This document shows positions 43,593-54,015 of a stretch of DNA of 64,000 bases, piece by piece. The notes beneath the pieces are model-generated. The model did no database searches and had not been told where the DNA came from. It saw only the letters and a program-made list of their open reading frames with translations. The stretch's first letter is position 1. Each line of letters opens with the position of its first letter. A program made the position numbers and the translations under genes. Origin of the DNA: a virus (lineage: Duplodnaviria; Caudoviricetes); the IMG/VR virus record IMGVR_UViG_645948499_000001, positions 1 through 64,000 of that record; one strand, written 5' to 3'.

Positions 43593-43790
43593 ATGGATGC
43601 CCTAAAGGTATTCGTCGGCGTCTGCCTCTTCCTCGGCATCATCGTAGGAGGGGCATTCGTCGTTTACGTTGCCTCATGGGTCTTCAGGATCTTAGGATTC
43701 CTGTTCGCAGTAGCCATAGTCCTCTGTTTGATAGGAGTCCTGTTCTGGGAGATCCTGGCAAACGCATTCAAAAAGAAAGGGGAGCATTAG
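43593..43790 (+). CDS. Small two-TM membrane protein
   Basis: AGGAGG RBS; hydrophobic. Confidence 0.8.
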   Translation: MDALKVFVGVCLFLGIIVGGAFVVYVASWVFRILGFLFAVAIVLCLIGVLFWEILANAFKKKGEH

Positions 43791-43805
43791 CTCCCCTTCT
43801 TCTTT
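43770..43805. terminator. Bidirectional terminator
   Basis: A-tract, AAGGGGAGC-ATTA-GCTCCCCTT, T-rich tail between convergent genes. Confidence 0.75.
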
Positions 43806-46800
43806 ACAGGTTCATCAAACCTTTCACCATCGGCAGTTCACTCAGGCTGCTCGGGAAAGCAAACGGACCATTCTGGAATGGGTTGTGCCCAATCCGGTTA
43901 ATCCAGCTGCTGTCCATTACAGACTGCAAACCACTGATGAAATGGTTGGCTACTACCAGTGCCAGACCACGAGCAGGCTTCTCTTTCACCAGTCGTGCAA
44001 TCACTTTCTGAATCCGCAGGTAGTACTTGGTGAACATCAGCAAACCAGTGTCGTTGAGATACTGGACCACCCGATGAGACGGGATGTCGTAGTTCACGAA
44101 GCTCTCTTCTGCTTGCTTCAGTGCATCAGCCTTACTCAGCGGATCACGAGTGCGGTTGATCAGGTGCTCATACAGAGTGTACCGGGCAACCAAGTCACTC
44201 AGCTGAGTGGTTTGCGACAGGAACTTGTACATGGACGTGTCATGTGCCACGTACACGAACTTAGCCGCATCACGAACCAGCTTCGGAAGCTTGCTGGTAA
44301 CTTTCTCAGTCTTCCGTTGCAGCAGAGACTTGTAACTGTACTGACTGTCATCAGCTTCCACGTCTTCCACAATGGTAGGCATCAGACCGGCATCGATCAA
44401 AGGCTTGATGGGGTTACGTGCAATGCGATCACGCAGCACAGCAATCTCGTCGTCTATCGACTTCACACCTTCCGGCACATAACCAATTTCCTTGGCTTGC
44501 ACCAATTGGATCAGACGCTTGTTGTCTGCCCGATACTGCAAGGCACCCTTAATGCCAGTTGCATGCGCCCGTACTGCATCGGCAATACCAACACCGCTCC
44601 AAGCCAGCAACGTCATGTTCGATACGATGTTGCCGACCAGGGTGAAGATGTTCTTCACAACCAGAATGTCCTTGGCTTCGCGTACCAGTTCCTGAATCAC
44701 GTCCTCAGCACGGCCAAGTCGCAGTGCAGCCTTCGGACCCAGGATAGCTTCAGCTACGGTGACCAGAACTTGCTGGGCAACGTTACGTTCCTGCGGATCC
44801 AAACCAAACGGACCAGTTACAGATGCCTTACGGTATCCCATGATCATGTTCAGTTGGTCAGCCGGGATCATCATGTTGTCCGACTTCCACACATTGCGGA
44901 TCTCACGCTTAGTTGCATAGGGCAACAGGTTGTAGAGTTCCTGCAAGTGAGCTTCAGTGCTGTCCTTACCTACTTTGATGTAGCTGCTGGGACGGTTCGA
45001 GTAGTCTTCACGGAACTGCTCGTACATGGAACGAACTACGTCCACGTTCTGCTGATGAGAAGACACTTTGTCCACGATCTGGCCAGCCAGAGTACCCAGT
45101 ACCTGATCCATAGAGTTGTCACGGTTCAGAAGACTGTCACGATTGTGTTCAGTCATCATGTACCGGTAGTCAACAACGATACCGTTTGGATCCAGTACAG
45201 GAGCAACACGTTGTGCCTGTGCATTACGCGGATCGTAGTTGGTATCAGTGGTGAACATCTCGTCTACGGAATCTGCAATGTTCTTGCGGATAGTACCGAT
45301 GGTGTTCTTGGCAGTACCCGGAGCATTGCTCAGCATATTCACAGCAGAGCGCTCTACTCGGGAACCCTTGGCTTGCATACCGGTGTAGCTCATAGCACCA
45401 GTCAGCAAACCAACCTGACCACTACCACGACGGGACACCAGTACCTTACCAGCGGACAGACCAGCTGCTTTATCTTCCTGAACATTACCTGCACGGGTGT
45501 AACCACGCTTCAGGAAGTAGTCCAGATCGGTTGCATCCACTGCCAGTACTTCGATCTTGTTATCGAAGATGTCAGGGGTGTAACCATCGATCATCAGTCG
45601 CTCAGTACCTTCGAACAGGAAGGACTTCGAGCGATCTTGCAGACCTTTGTGCAGCTTCAGGATCATCTCTACGCCGTTGTCCTTACCGCGTGCAGCTTCA
45701 GTGCGCAGAACCTCACGAGCAGCAACCTTGTCTTCATGACTGGTGTACTCGAAGGTGAACATCGGCAACAGAAGGTCCATTACTTCCTTGGCAGCCTTGG
45801 CTTCGGACTTGCTCACAGACAGAGCCTTCTTGGTTCCGATCAGGTCAGCAATGTTCTGAGTGTTCAGCATCAGGTTCGGGCTTACGTTACCGCCGATAGC
45901 ACGGTTGTAAGCCAGATCCTTCACAGCACGCAGGTAGTACGAGCCGTTCTTCATACCGAGCAGCTGAGTCTCCAGTTGGTTGCGTTCTTTACGCAGTTCA
46001 CTGTCGTTGTTCAGCATCAGACGCAGATCATCGAAACCATAGGAGTCCAGCAGAGCAGACATGTTGGTCCGCAGGAATGCCTTGGTCAGAGCAGCCTTGT
46101 CTTTGGTAGTCAGGTACTGACCGCCATCCTTGAAGGAAGCGTTCACCTGAGCAACTGTGTACTCGATGTGCTGCTTGCGCTCCATCTCGTTGGACTTGGC
46201 TTGCTTGAACAGGTTGTGTGCAGCGTCCATCAAACCAGTGACGCCACGCATCTCATCCAGCACACCCATGAGCACGCCACGGGGCTTGCGGAACGCATCG
46301 TCACGAAGACGGCTGATACCTTCCAGCACGCCATCGATACGACCAGCCATGGTGTTCTCTACCAGCGAACCAGCAGCACGAATGAACGGGCTGTTGTTGT
46401 TCGTGAAGAAGGTGCTCTGAGCAGCTTGCTCTACGGTATTCCGCAGGGACTCACCCATGTTGCCCAAGGCTTGTTCAACCTGGTCCAGGGCACCGAGCTT
46501 ACGTTCGGCAAACCGTCCACGACGCTTCGCTTCGATATCGACCAGTCGATCCAGCAGGGTAACCAGACGGTTGTTCGCCAGTTCACCAGGGGCAGTCTTG
46601 TCATGCAGACGGTCCAGACGAGTCAGCAGACGACGGAACAGTTCCATCACCTTCTGGCTCAGGGTCATGCCACTCAGCGAACGCTCAGTACTCTTCGAGC
46701 GGAAGCCTAGGGCATTGAACACTTCCTCACTACCGATGGCCAAGCCAGCGAAGCGAGCCAGGAAGCTGTTCTTACCAGCAGCAGATGCTTGAACCTTGAA

Positions 46801-49800
46801 CAGGAAGTCGTACTTCTCCTGGGCAATGGCCTTCTCCTGCTGGCTGGCTTGAGTCCAGTCACCCAGGTGGAAGTTCTTAGCCGACAGAGTGTCGCGAGCT
46901 TCACGCCACAGGTTCTCCAGGGAACCGCGAATGAACAGACCTTCGTTCCCGTTCAGTGCATCGTCGATGGTTGCCTCTACCTGCTCCAGCACGAAGGCTT
47001 CCTGATCGCTGACCACGAAGGCAGACGACAGAGCTTCCGATGCGAACGGCATGGTGTTGGTGTCCATGGCCTTCAACACGATGTCGGTGTTGGTCAGGGC
47101 TTGGCCTTCCATCACACGGGTACGCAGTGCACCCATCGGGCCATGCAGAGCGGTAACGATGTCATCCAGGGCAGATTCCAGACGCTCCTGGTGAGCTACG
47201 CTGCTGTCCCGGTTCGAAGCCAGTGCATTGAAGATCTGCTTGGTGGACATACGGTTCACGCTATCCACAGCATCTTCATAGCGCAGGGTCATGGTGTCCT
47301 TCTTGGCCATCATGGCTTGAGCTTCGGCAAACAGACCAGCGGTGTTGCTGATCAGCAGACCCATGGCGTTCTGGTTCGACGGGGTGTTCTCACCACGGAA
47401 GATCAAACCAGTCAGGGCACTGATGAAGCGACGCAGACCAGCACTGAAACCAGTGTCACGACCCTTAGCCGGGAGTTCCAGACCCTTCAGAACTTCTTCC
47501 TGGAAACCATTGTTGGTCATACCCCAGGAAACCAGTTCATGTACGTCCTGCACAGCATTGGCGTACTTCGCAGACAGAGTGCCATTGGCATTCAGGAAGT
47601 CCTTGGCTTTCGAACGGATCTCTTCCAGTTCGTCAACCATGCGGCTTGCAGCAGTAGTGTGGCTCGGGTCTTTGGCCTTGGCATCCAGTTCACGCTGAAT
47701 CACTCGACCGGTAACGGTATGGAGCAGTTCATGAACCAGAAACTCTTCAGTGATACCCGACTCAACGAAGTCAGGGGACTTGACGTAGATAGCGTCAAAG
47801 TTGCCCTTACTTGCATACCAACCGCGTGCTTTGCTCACGCCTTCTCCCAGTGCACCGTCCGGACCGGTCTGGGGGGTGACCATAATCACCGGCAGATCCT
47901 CACGGGTCAGGCGACTCAGTGCAGCCAGTAGCTTCTTGGTGAAGCCATCCTGGGTACGCTTCTCCAGGTACTGAGACAGGTTGCGGGCGTTCACACCTTC
48001 GCTCGACAGGAACTCAACGAGGTCTTGCTCAGAAGGGGTAACAGCCTGGCCGATCTCGCCCCATACCGACTTGCGGCTACGGGTACTGTCATTGACGGTA
48101 GCCACTACAGCAGCAGCACGGTCTTCCGGCAGTACTTCCTTGGCCGAAGCCAGGGGCAGGTTCTGGTTCTCCATGACCGAAGCCACTTGCTGGAGATCTT
48201 CCTTCAGCTGACCATTGGATTCACGGATAACCCGGTCCATGGTGTTCAGGCTGGTAGCCGGGGCCAGAGTCTGGACGGAATCCGAAGACAGGGGCTTAGC
48301 CTTACCTGCCTTGGCTTCCGAAGCCATGACTTCCAGATTGGCATCGACGTTCTCGGCCCAGATCTCAGCTTCATCGTTGAACTTGCCTACCTGTTTCAGA
48401 GCATCACGAGCAGCCTTGCGGTCAGCATCGGTCACCAGGTAGCTACCACCTTCAGTGGCGTACTGACCAACAGCAGCCATCTCACTCAGCATGGTCAGCT
48501 TGTCGGTGTCAGCAGCTTCCGCCACACGACGGATCGCTTCCAGCTGCTGGCCAACGGTAGCGTTCTGGCTTTCCAGGTACTTCTGCATCATGGGAGCCAT
48601 GACAGCAGCAGCTTCGGGATCGGCCATCAGACTGTTGAAACCAGTCAGGGTACGCTCGAAGGTATTGACCATCTCACTGGCAGCCGAGTAGCCCAGCATA
48701 GCCTTGAAGGTAGCTTCGTTCAGCCGACGACCAGCCTCTGCCATGTCGGTCAAACCAGTGCCATGAGCATCGTGGATGTTCAGTACGCTGGCACCGTCCA
48801 AGGCATTGTGGCTGATGAAGGAGTCGAGTGCGTGGGTAGCCGTGATGAACGGAGCCACACCCGGACCTTCGTTGACGGTAGTCATACCACTGGCTTTCAT
48901 GGAGTTGACTGCACGCTTGCGGCCTTCACTGTCCAAGAACTCCAGAGGCTCGGCGAAGTGAACTTCACTGCGGTACAGCGGAGTGTCATTCAGTTCACGG
49001 CGAGTCTTGGCCATGAGCATACCTGCATCCAGTTCATCACTGGCTTTCGAGAAAGCAGTGTGAAGGATGGGTTCCATCGGCTTCAGTTCCTTGCGGATCT
49101 GTTCGATTTGCTCACGGGTCAGGTCAGTGTACGGCTGGCCATCCTTACCACGAGGCAGGTCAGCAGTCTTCAGCATTTGTTCACGCTTGGCTTGGAACGC
49201 AGCTTCGTACATCTGGAACGCCATGTTGGCGGTCTTGTTGATCACGTCACGACGGCTGATGAACTCAGCATAGGTGTCGTTCAGTGCCTCTTCTACCTTC
49301 TTGCCCAGCAGGTTGTAGAAACTCTGCTTCAGAGCAGCTACCTGGCGTGCATCGAAAGTGGTATCGAGAGCAGCTTCGAAGCCCATGTCAGCCGGCCACT
49401 TCTGGGCCTTGCTGCTTACCATCAGCTGATTCACAGCATTGATGGTCTTACGCAGGGACTCCAGGTCGTTGGCGTTGGCAGCGTCTTCAATCTTGCTGTA
49501 GATGGTTTCGATGAAGCCATCAGCCATACCGTCCACAGCAGTCTTGGTGTTCGAACCGAACATCATCGCAGTCAGGGGCTGCTTGATTACCTTACGGCCC
49601 TTGGACGATACGTTGCCGTCATCAGTGCTCAGTTCACCGGTGATGGCTTCGATAGCGGACAGCATCGGGTCATTGCCCAGGATATCCAGAACAGCCTTGA
49701 TGGTGCCTTCGTACAGGTCCAGGTTACCGGCTTCAGCGTGGAAGTCGTTGAACTGTTCGAAGCCATCGGTCTGGCTGAAGAAGCCACCCTGGTTCAGGGT

Positions 49801-52800
49801 TTCGAATCCCTTGGCACCAGACATCAGCAGGGAAAGCATCGGACCGTTGGTAACACCGTCCACTTCACCCAGCAGGGTAGTCTTGAAGGAAGCAGCACCG
49901 TCTTCACGGGCGATCTTCTCTTGAGCCAGGGCTACCAAACCATCCAGGCTGAAGAAGTTCTCACCAGCTTCAGCAACAGCAGCCAGGATTGCCGATTCGT
50001 TGGCAACCGTGTCTTGAGCATCACCACGCAGGATCTCAGCCAGTGCATCTACACCACCCTGAATTGCAGGGGTGTTCACAGTAGCATCGTACTTGGCCAG
50101 AACCTTGTTGGTGTTGGTGGCTTCAGTCTTCTTACCGAAGGACTCCAGTACACGCAGCTTGAAGTTGTCCATGTCAGCCTTCGAGTCGAGTTTAACCTCG
50201 GACTCCCAGCCTTCCATCTTCAGCATGTGACGATGGACCTTTGAGGTCTGCGGGTTGATCAGGTTGCTGGTCAAACCAACACGCTGAGGTTTCCACACAG
50301 AACGGTCGAAGTACAGAGGCTGTTCCAGACCCAGGTCCGATACCTCGTTGATTCGGTTGAAGAAGTCACCGAAGTTCTGGATCTGACGAACCAGACCATC
50401 CGACTTGGCTTGCAGACCAGCACGGTTTGCCTTGTGTACCTTCTGGCCTTCCAGATCGGCAGCACCAGCAATGGTAGCCAGGGCTTCAGCACTCAGATTA
50501 CCCCATACCTGCCACATTTCAGGACGCAGAGTGTGAGCCTGCTTGGCGGCCTTATCCAGGATGCGAGCTTGCTCGGAACTGATCGGCTGCTGGGTACGCT
50601 TGGCGTTCTTCTGCTTGAAGTCGATGGGTTCGAAGCTAGGCTCAACCATGGCAGGGGTAGTACCGAACAGCTTGTTCAGGATCGACTGGCTACCCATGGT
50701 GGCTTCACGCACACGCTGAGCCAGAGGACCAGCCTGGAGCTTGCCATCTACACGCTCGCTGACCGGAGTCAGGAAGTAGTGCTGGACCTTCTCGTTGGCC
50801 TTGTCCTTGGAACCCATCAGGTTCTTCAGTTGAGCATCGCTGATTGCAGTGATCTTGGCAGCACCACTCTTCACCAGCAGGTGCAGAGCGTGTTCACCCA
50901 GGGAAGCTTCCAGTCGAGCTTGCTCGTTCACCGGAGCATTGGGCAGTACTTCCAAACCAAGGACTTCACGTACCTTTGCACCCAGTTGAGCAGCAGCAGT
51001 GGCTTGACGCACACCTACGGTAGCCAGGGCAGCGTAAGCAGCCGGGGATACCTCAGCAGTGCTGTCCTTACCGAGGATGGCATTGATACCTGCATCGGAG
51101 TTGACCAGGTTGGAAGCTGCATCGTTGATCCAATCGTAGGCAGCGTAAGCAATAGCAGTGCTCACGTTCTCGTCCAGGGAACCATCAGCGTTCACCAGGA
51201 ACTGAGCGTAGTCTCGGAAACGGTAACGACTGGCGTCGCCAGACTTGGAGACGTACTGCTTCAGGTTGGCTTCAACCAGAGGCTTGGCCATACGCTGGAA
51301 GCCCATGAAGTTCTTCAGGGCAGACTGTTGCTGTCCAGTGAAGGACTCAACACCAGCGAACTCTGCCAGCTTGACAGCACCAGTACGAACGGCAGTAGCG
51401 AAGTCTTTCACCGAAGCCAGCGGCTTCTTGGTGTCACCTTCTTGCTTGGCCGGAGACTGTTGGAAGAAGGCACCTACAAGGTTGGTGTCCTGATAGTCCT
51501 GGCTTGCCAGCGGCTTACCACGAACTTCTGCACCTTCACGGATTGCAGTCAGTTCACCAGTTTCGACCTCGGGAACAGGTTCCGCCTGGACCGTCTCAGC
51601 TTCCTGGGCAACAGCCTCTTCGGATACCTGAGCGGTAGGCTCTGCTACCGGGGTCACCTCTTCAGCTACAGGAGCAACTTCTTGTTCCTGGGCAATGGTC
51701 TGCTCTTGAGCAACCTGTACAGCGTTGGTCAGCGGACCAGCATTGATCAGTGCTTGCAGGGACTCAGCAGTACGTGCCAGTGCAGTAGCTTCCATCGCTA
51801 CAGCATCACGCAGCTTCTGAGAACCTGCGAACACTCGCAGACCTTTGGCCGACTGAACCTGACGGGGAGTCATACCCTCGGGAGCAACTTCCCATACACC
51901 AGTCTCCTGGTTCGGGATGATGTTGATGAAGTCCTGAGTACCTTGGACCTTCTCGAAGGCATCGCTCAGTGCAGCGAACTTGGACAGGCGGGTATCAGCG
52001 AAAGCACGCAGCTGGTCTACCTGAGCGGTAGCAGCTTCGATGTTCCCGTTGGACAGGGCCATACGCACAGCATTGCGGTACTGGGGAATACCCTTGAAAC
52101 CATCACCACCAACTTCGATGTCGGTACGGACGCCGGACAAACTCTTCAGTTCATCCATGGCTTCCTTGGCTTGAGCGAAGCTACGAAGTGCAGTGCGGTA
52201 TTCAGGAGACAGGCCGTTGGATTCATCCGAAACCATGGAAGCAATCTGCTCACTGGTCAGGCTGTCCGGGTTGGTCATGGTCAGAGTGATGACCTTCTCA
52301 GCAGCTTCCGGGGAAGCGGGAGCCTGGGCAACCAGTTCCTCTACTTCCGGGGCAGTAGGTGCTGCATCGGTATGCAGACGTTGGATGGCTTCACGAGTAG
52401 CCTTCAGACGTTGGTTCAGTTCCTTGAGTTCTGCATCATCCTGGGCACGAAGTTCGGGAGTATAGGCAGCAGCCTCTTCTTCCAGACCACGGATTGACTC
52501 GATCTGAGCCTCCAGCTGAGTACGTTCTTCGGGAGTAGCTTGCTCCAGTTGAGCTTCACGTTGTTCACGGGCAGCAACCAGACGGGCAACACCTTCTTCA
52601 CTGGCCAGAGCTTGGACACTTTCGATGTCCGAAATCTGCTTGGCCAGATCCTGTTCGATGGTGTCAGCCTGAGCAATGACGGACTCACGTACTTCGGGAG
52701 TATCGTTCTTCAGAACTTGCTCATGCAGCACACTCACCGCACCAGCCGGGTTGTAGTTCTCCGACTCGATGTTGGTCAGGTCTGCAATGTCACCAGTTTC

Positions 52801-54015
52801 ACGGGCAGCAGTCACAGCTTCCCGGTCAGTGATGGCTTGTTCAGCCTTGGACTTAGCCTTGGAAGAACCACGTACTGCACGGCCAGCGATGTTCAGAGAA
52901 CCGCCGACAGCTGCACCAATGGCAGCACCTTCAACGATCTCTTCGATGCTTGCATCGTCCAGACGAACCTGGGCTTCACCGTAGGTCTGATAGCCTTCGG
53001 TCACACCCTCACGGGCACTGGAGGAGAGAGTCGAACGGATCAAACCAGACTCACCACGAATACCACGCAGCATGCTCAGGTCACCGACCTGCTCGGCCAT
53101 GGCCAGAGATGCAGCGAATGCACCCATCTTCAGGCGGTCTTCTTGATCCGGCAGCTGACCATCGTTGGCTTCGGCGTATTCACGGTAGCCTTCGCGAAGT
53201 TCATCAGCAGCGTAGCCGACGTTGGTAGCTACACCCAGCGGAGCGGATACAGCAGCGGCAGCCAGTTGAGGGGCGTTCTCCACGGTGTACTCAGTGACAG
53301 CAGCTGGGTTGGTAGCAGTACCAGCAACAGCACCGGCTACGGTCTGAGTTGCACCAGCAGCACCGGACAGAAGAGCATCCAGGATCTCACCACGTTCCAG
53401 TTGTTCACCAGATTCACGCAGCAGAGCTACGCCCTGTTGGGTACGCTCAGCGATATCGCGGCTCATGGTGTCACGATCAGTGGTATCGACAATCGAAGAG
53501 ATGTCGAAGAAGTCCTGCACTGCCTTACCGGCATCACGCAAACCTTGAACACCGATCAGTCGATCACGCATGGTTTGTTGAACGCCGTCTTCGCCAGCAG
53601 CAATCTGGTTCAGGATGGCGTCGTCACCTTCCAGCGGGTTACCGGTGATCTCCCGGTTGTAAGCCTGAATGGCTTCCTCGGAAACACCAGCTTGCCCCAT
53701 CTGAGCAGCGAAGTTCAGGGGAAGGTTGGCCAGTTGACCGGCTACTCGGGAAGTACCCGAAGCCAGGGATGCAGCCAGGTTGATGGCACCGGTGCCGGTA
53801 GCGCCAGGGGTGATACCCATCTTGCCCACCCAGGACTCTTCAATGTTCCGGCGCTTCTGTTCTGCCATCTCGTAGATGTTGAACTGCTTCTGAGTACCCT
53901 TCATCGGGAAGGAGCTACCCAGATCAGCGAATGCAGAAGGATCGAAGGCTGGTGCAACACCAGCCTCCGCGTCCAATCTCGCATCCAGGAAAGAATCGAG
54001 ATCAAAGTCAGCCAT
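43804..54015 (-). CDS. Virion-encapsidated RNA polymerase (vRNAP, N4 gp50-like, 3403 aa)
   Basis: Size, NPQTSK..R, motif A EVDGVTNGP, motif B RKVIKQPLTAMMFG, motif C IHDA; no Cys seen by eye. Confidence 0.96.
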   Translation of the reverse strand: MADFDLDSFLDARLDAEAGVAPAFDPSAFADLGSSFPMKGTQKQFNIYEMAEQKRRNIEESWVGKMGITPGATGTGAINLAASLASGTSRVAGQLANLPLNFAAQMGQAGVSEEAIQAYNREITGNPLEGDDAILNQIAAGEDGVQQTMRDRLIGVQGLRDAGKAVQDFFDISSIVDTTDRDTMSRDIAERTQQGVALLRESGEQLERGEILDALLSGAAGATQTVAGAVAGTATNPAAVTEYTVENAPQLAAAAVSAPLGVATNVGYAADELREGYREYAEANDGQLPDQEDRLKMGAFAASLAMAEQVGDLSMLRGIRGESGLIRSTLSSSAREGVTEGYQTYGEAQVRLDDASIEEIVEGAAIGAAVGGSLNIAGRAVRGSSKAKSKAEQAITDREAVTAARETGDIADLTNIESENYNPAGAVSVLHEQVLKNDTPEVRESVIAQADTIEQDLAKQISDIESVQALASEEGVARLVAAREQREAQLEQATPEERTQLEAQIESIRGLEEEAAAYTPELRAQDDAELKELNQRLKATREAIQRLHTDAAPTAPEVEELVAQAPASPEAAEKVITLTMTNPDSLTSEQIASMVSDESNGLSPEYRTALRSFAQAKEAMDELKSLSGVRTDIEVGGDGFKGIPQYRNAVRMALSNGNIEAATAQVDQLRAFADTRLSKFAALSDAFEKVQGTQDFINIIPNQETGVWEVAPEGMTPRQVQSAKGLRVFAGSQKLRDAVAMEATALARTAESLQALINAGPLTNAVQVAQEQTIAQEQEVAPVAEEVTPVAEPTAQVSEEAVAQEAETVQAEPVPEVETGELTAIREGAEVRGKPLASQDYQDTNLVGAFFQQSPAKQEGDTKKPLASVKDFATAVRTGAVKLAEFAGVESFTGQQQSALKNFMGFQRMAKPLVEANLKQYVSKSGDASRYRFRDYAQFLVNADGSLDENVSTAIAYAAYDWINDAASNLVNSDAGINAILGKDSTAEVSPAAYAALATVGVRQATAAAQLGAKVREVLGLEVLPNAPVNEQARLEASLGEHALHLLVKSGAAKITAISDAQLKNLMGSKDKANEKVQHYFLTPVSERVDGKLQAGPLAQRVREATMGSQSILNKLFGTTPAMVEPSFEPIDFKQKNAKRTQQPISSEQARILDKAAKQAHTLRPEMWQVWGNLSAEALATIAGAADLEGQKVHKANRAGLQAKSDGLVRQIQNFGDFFNRINEVSDLGLEQPLYFDRSVWKPQRVGLTSNLINPQTSKVHRHMLKMEGWESEVKLDSKADMDNFKLRVLESFGKKTEATNTNKVLAKYDATVNTPAIQGGVDALAEILRGDAQDTVANESAILAAVAEAGENFFSLDGLVALAQEKIAREDGAASFKTTLLGEVDGVTNGPMLSLLMSGAKGFETLNQGGFFSQTDGFEQFNDFHAEAGNLDLYEGTIKAVLDILGNDPMLSAIEAITGELSTDDGNVSSKGRKVIKQPLTAMMFGSNTKTAVDGMADGFIETIYSKIEDAANANDLESLRKTINAVNQLMVSSKAQKWPADMGFEAALDTTFDARQVAALKQSFYNLLGKKVEEALNDTYAEFISRRDVINKTANMAFQMYEAAFQAKREQMLKTADLPRGKDGQPYTDLTREQIEQIRKELKPMEPILHTAFSKASDELDAGMLMAKTRRELNDTPLYRSEVHFAEPLEFLDSEGRKRAVNSMKASGMTTVNEGPGVAPFITATHALDSFISHNALDGASVLNIHDAHGTGLTDMAEAGRRLNEATFKAMLGYSAASEMVNTFERTLTGFNSLMADPEAAAVMAPMMQKYLESQNATVGQQLEAIRRVAEAADTDKLTMLSEMAAVGQYATEGGSYLVTDADRKAARDALKQVGKFNDEAEIWAENVDANLEVMASEAKAGKAKPLSSDSVQTLAPATSLNTMDRVIRESNGQLKEDLQQVASVMENQNLPLASAKEVLPEDRAAAVVATVNDSTRSRKSVWGEIGQAVTPSEQDLVEFLSSEGVNARNLSQYLEKRTQDGFTKKLLAALSRLTREDLPVIMVTPQTGPDGALGEGVSKARGWYASKGNFDAIYVKSPDFVESGITEEFLVHELLHTVTGRVIQRELDAKAKDPSHTTAASRMVDELEEIRSKAKDFLNANGTLSAKYANAVQDVHELVSWGMTNNGFQEEVLKGLELPAKGRDTGFSAGLRRFISALTGLIFRGENTPSNQNAMGLLISNTAGLFAEAQAMMAKKDTMTLRYEDAVDSVNRMSTKQIFNALASNRDSSVAHQERLESALDDIVTALHGPMGALRTRVMEGQALTNTDIVLKAMDTNTMPFASEALSSAFVVSDQEAFVLEQVEATIDDALNGNEGLFIRGSLENLWREARDTLSAKNFHLGDWTQASQQEKAIAQEKYDFLFKVQASAAGKNSFLARFAGLAIGSEEVFNALGFRSKSTERSLSGMTLSQKVMELFRRLLTRLDRLHDKTAPGELANNRLVTLLDRLVDIEAKRRGRFAERKLGALDQVEQALGNMGESLRNTVEQAAQSTFFTNNNSPFIRAAGSLVENTMAGRIDGVLEGISRLRDDAFRKPRGVLMGVLDEMRGVTGLMDAAHNLFKQAKSNEMERKQHIEYTVAQVNASFKDGGQYLTTKDKAALTKAFLRTNMSALLDSYGFDDLRLMLNNDSELRKERNQLETQLLGMKNGSYYLRAVKDLAYNRAIGGNVSPNLMLNTQNIADLIGTKKALSVSKSEAKAAKEVMDLLLPMFTFEYTSHEDKVAAREVLRTEAARGKDNGVEMILKLHKGLQDRSKSFLFEGTERLMIDGYTPDIFDNKIEVLAVDATDLDYFLKRGYTRAGNVQEDKAAGLSAGKVLVSRRGSGQVGLLTGAMSYTGMQAKGSRVERSAVNMLSNAPGTAKNTIGTIRKNIADSVDEMFTTDTNYDPRNAQAQRVAPVLDPNGIVVDYRYMMTEHNRDSLLNRDNSMDQVLGTLAGQIVDKVSSHQQNVDVVRSMYEQFREDYSNRPSSYIKVGKDSTEAHLQELYNLLPYATKREIRNVWKSDNMMIPADQLNMIMGYRKASVTGPFGLDPQERNVAQQVLVTVAEAILGPKAALRLGRAEDVIQELVREAKDILVVKNIFTLVGNIVSNMTLLAWSGVGIADAVRAHATGIKGALQYRADNKRLIQLVQAKEIGYVPEGVKSIDDEIAVLRDRIARNPIKPLIDAGLMPTIVEDVEADDSQYSYKSLLQRKTEKVTSKLPKLVRDAAKFVYVAHDTSMYKFLSQTTQLSDLVARYTLYEHLINRTRDPLSKADALKQAEESFVNYDIPSHRVVQYLNDTGLLMFTKYYLRIQKVIARLVKEKPARGLALVVANHFISGLQSVMDSSWINRIGHNPFQNGPFAFPSSLSELPMVKGLMNL

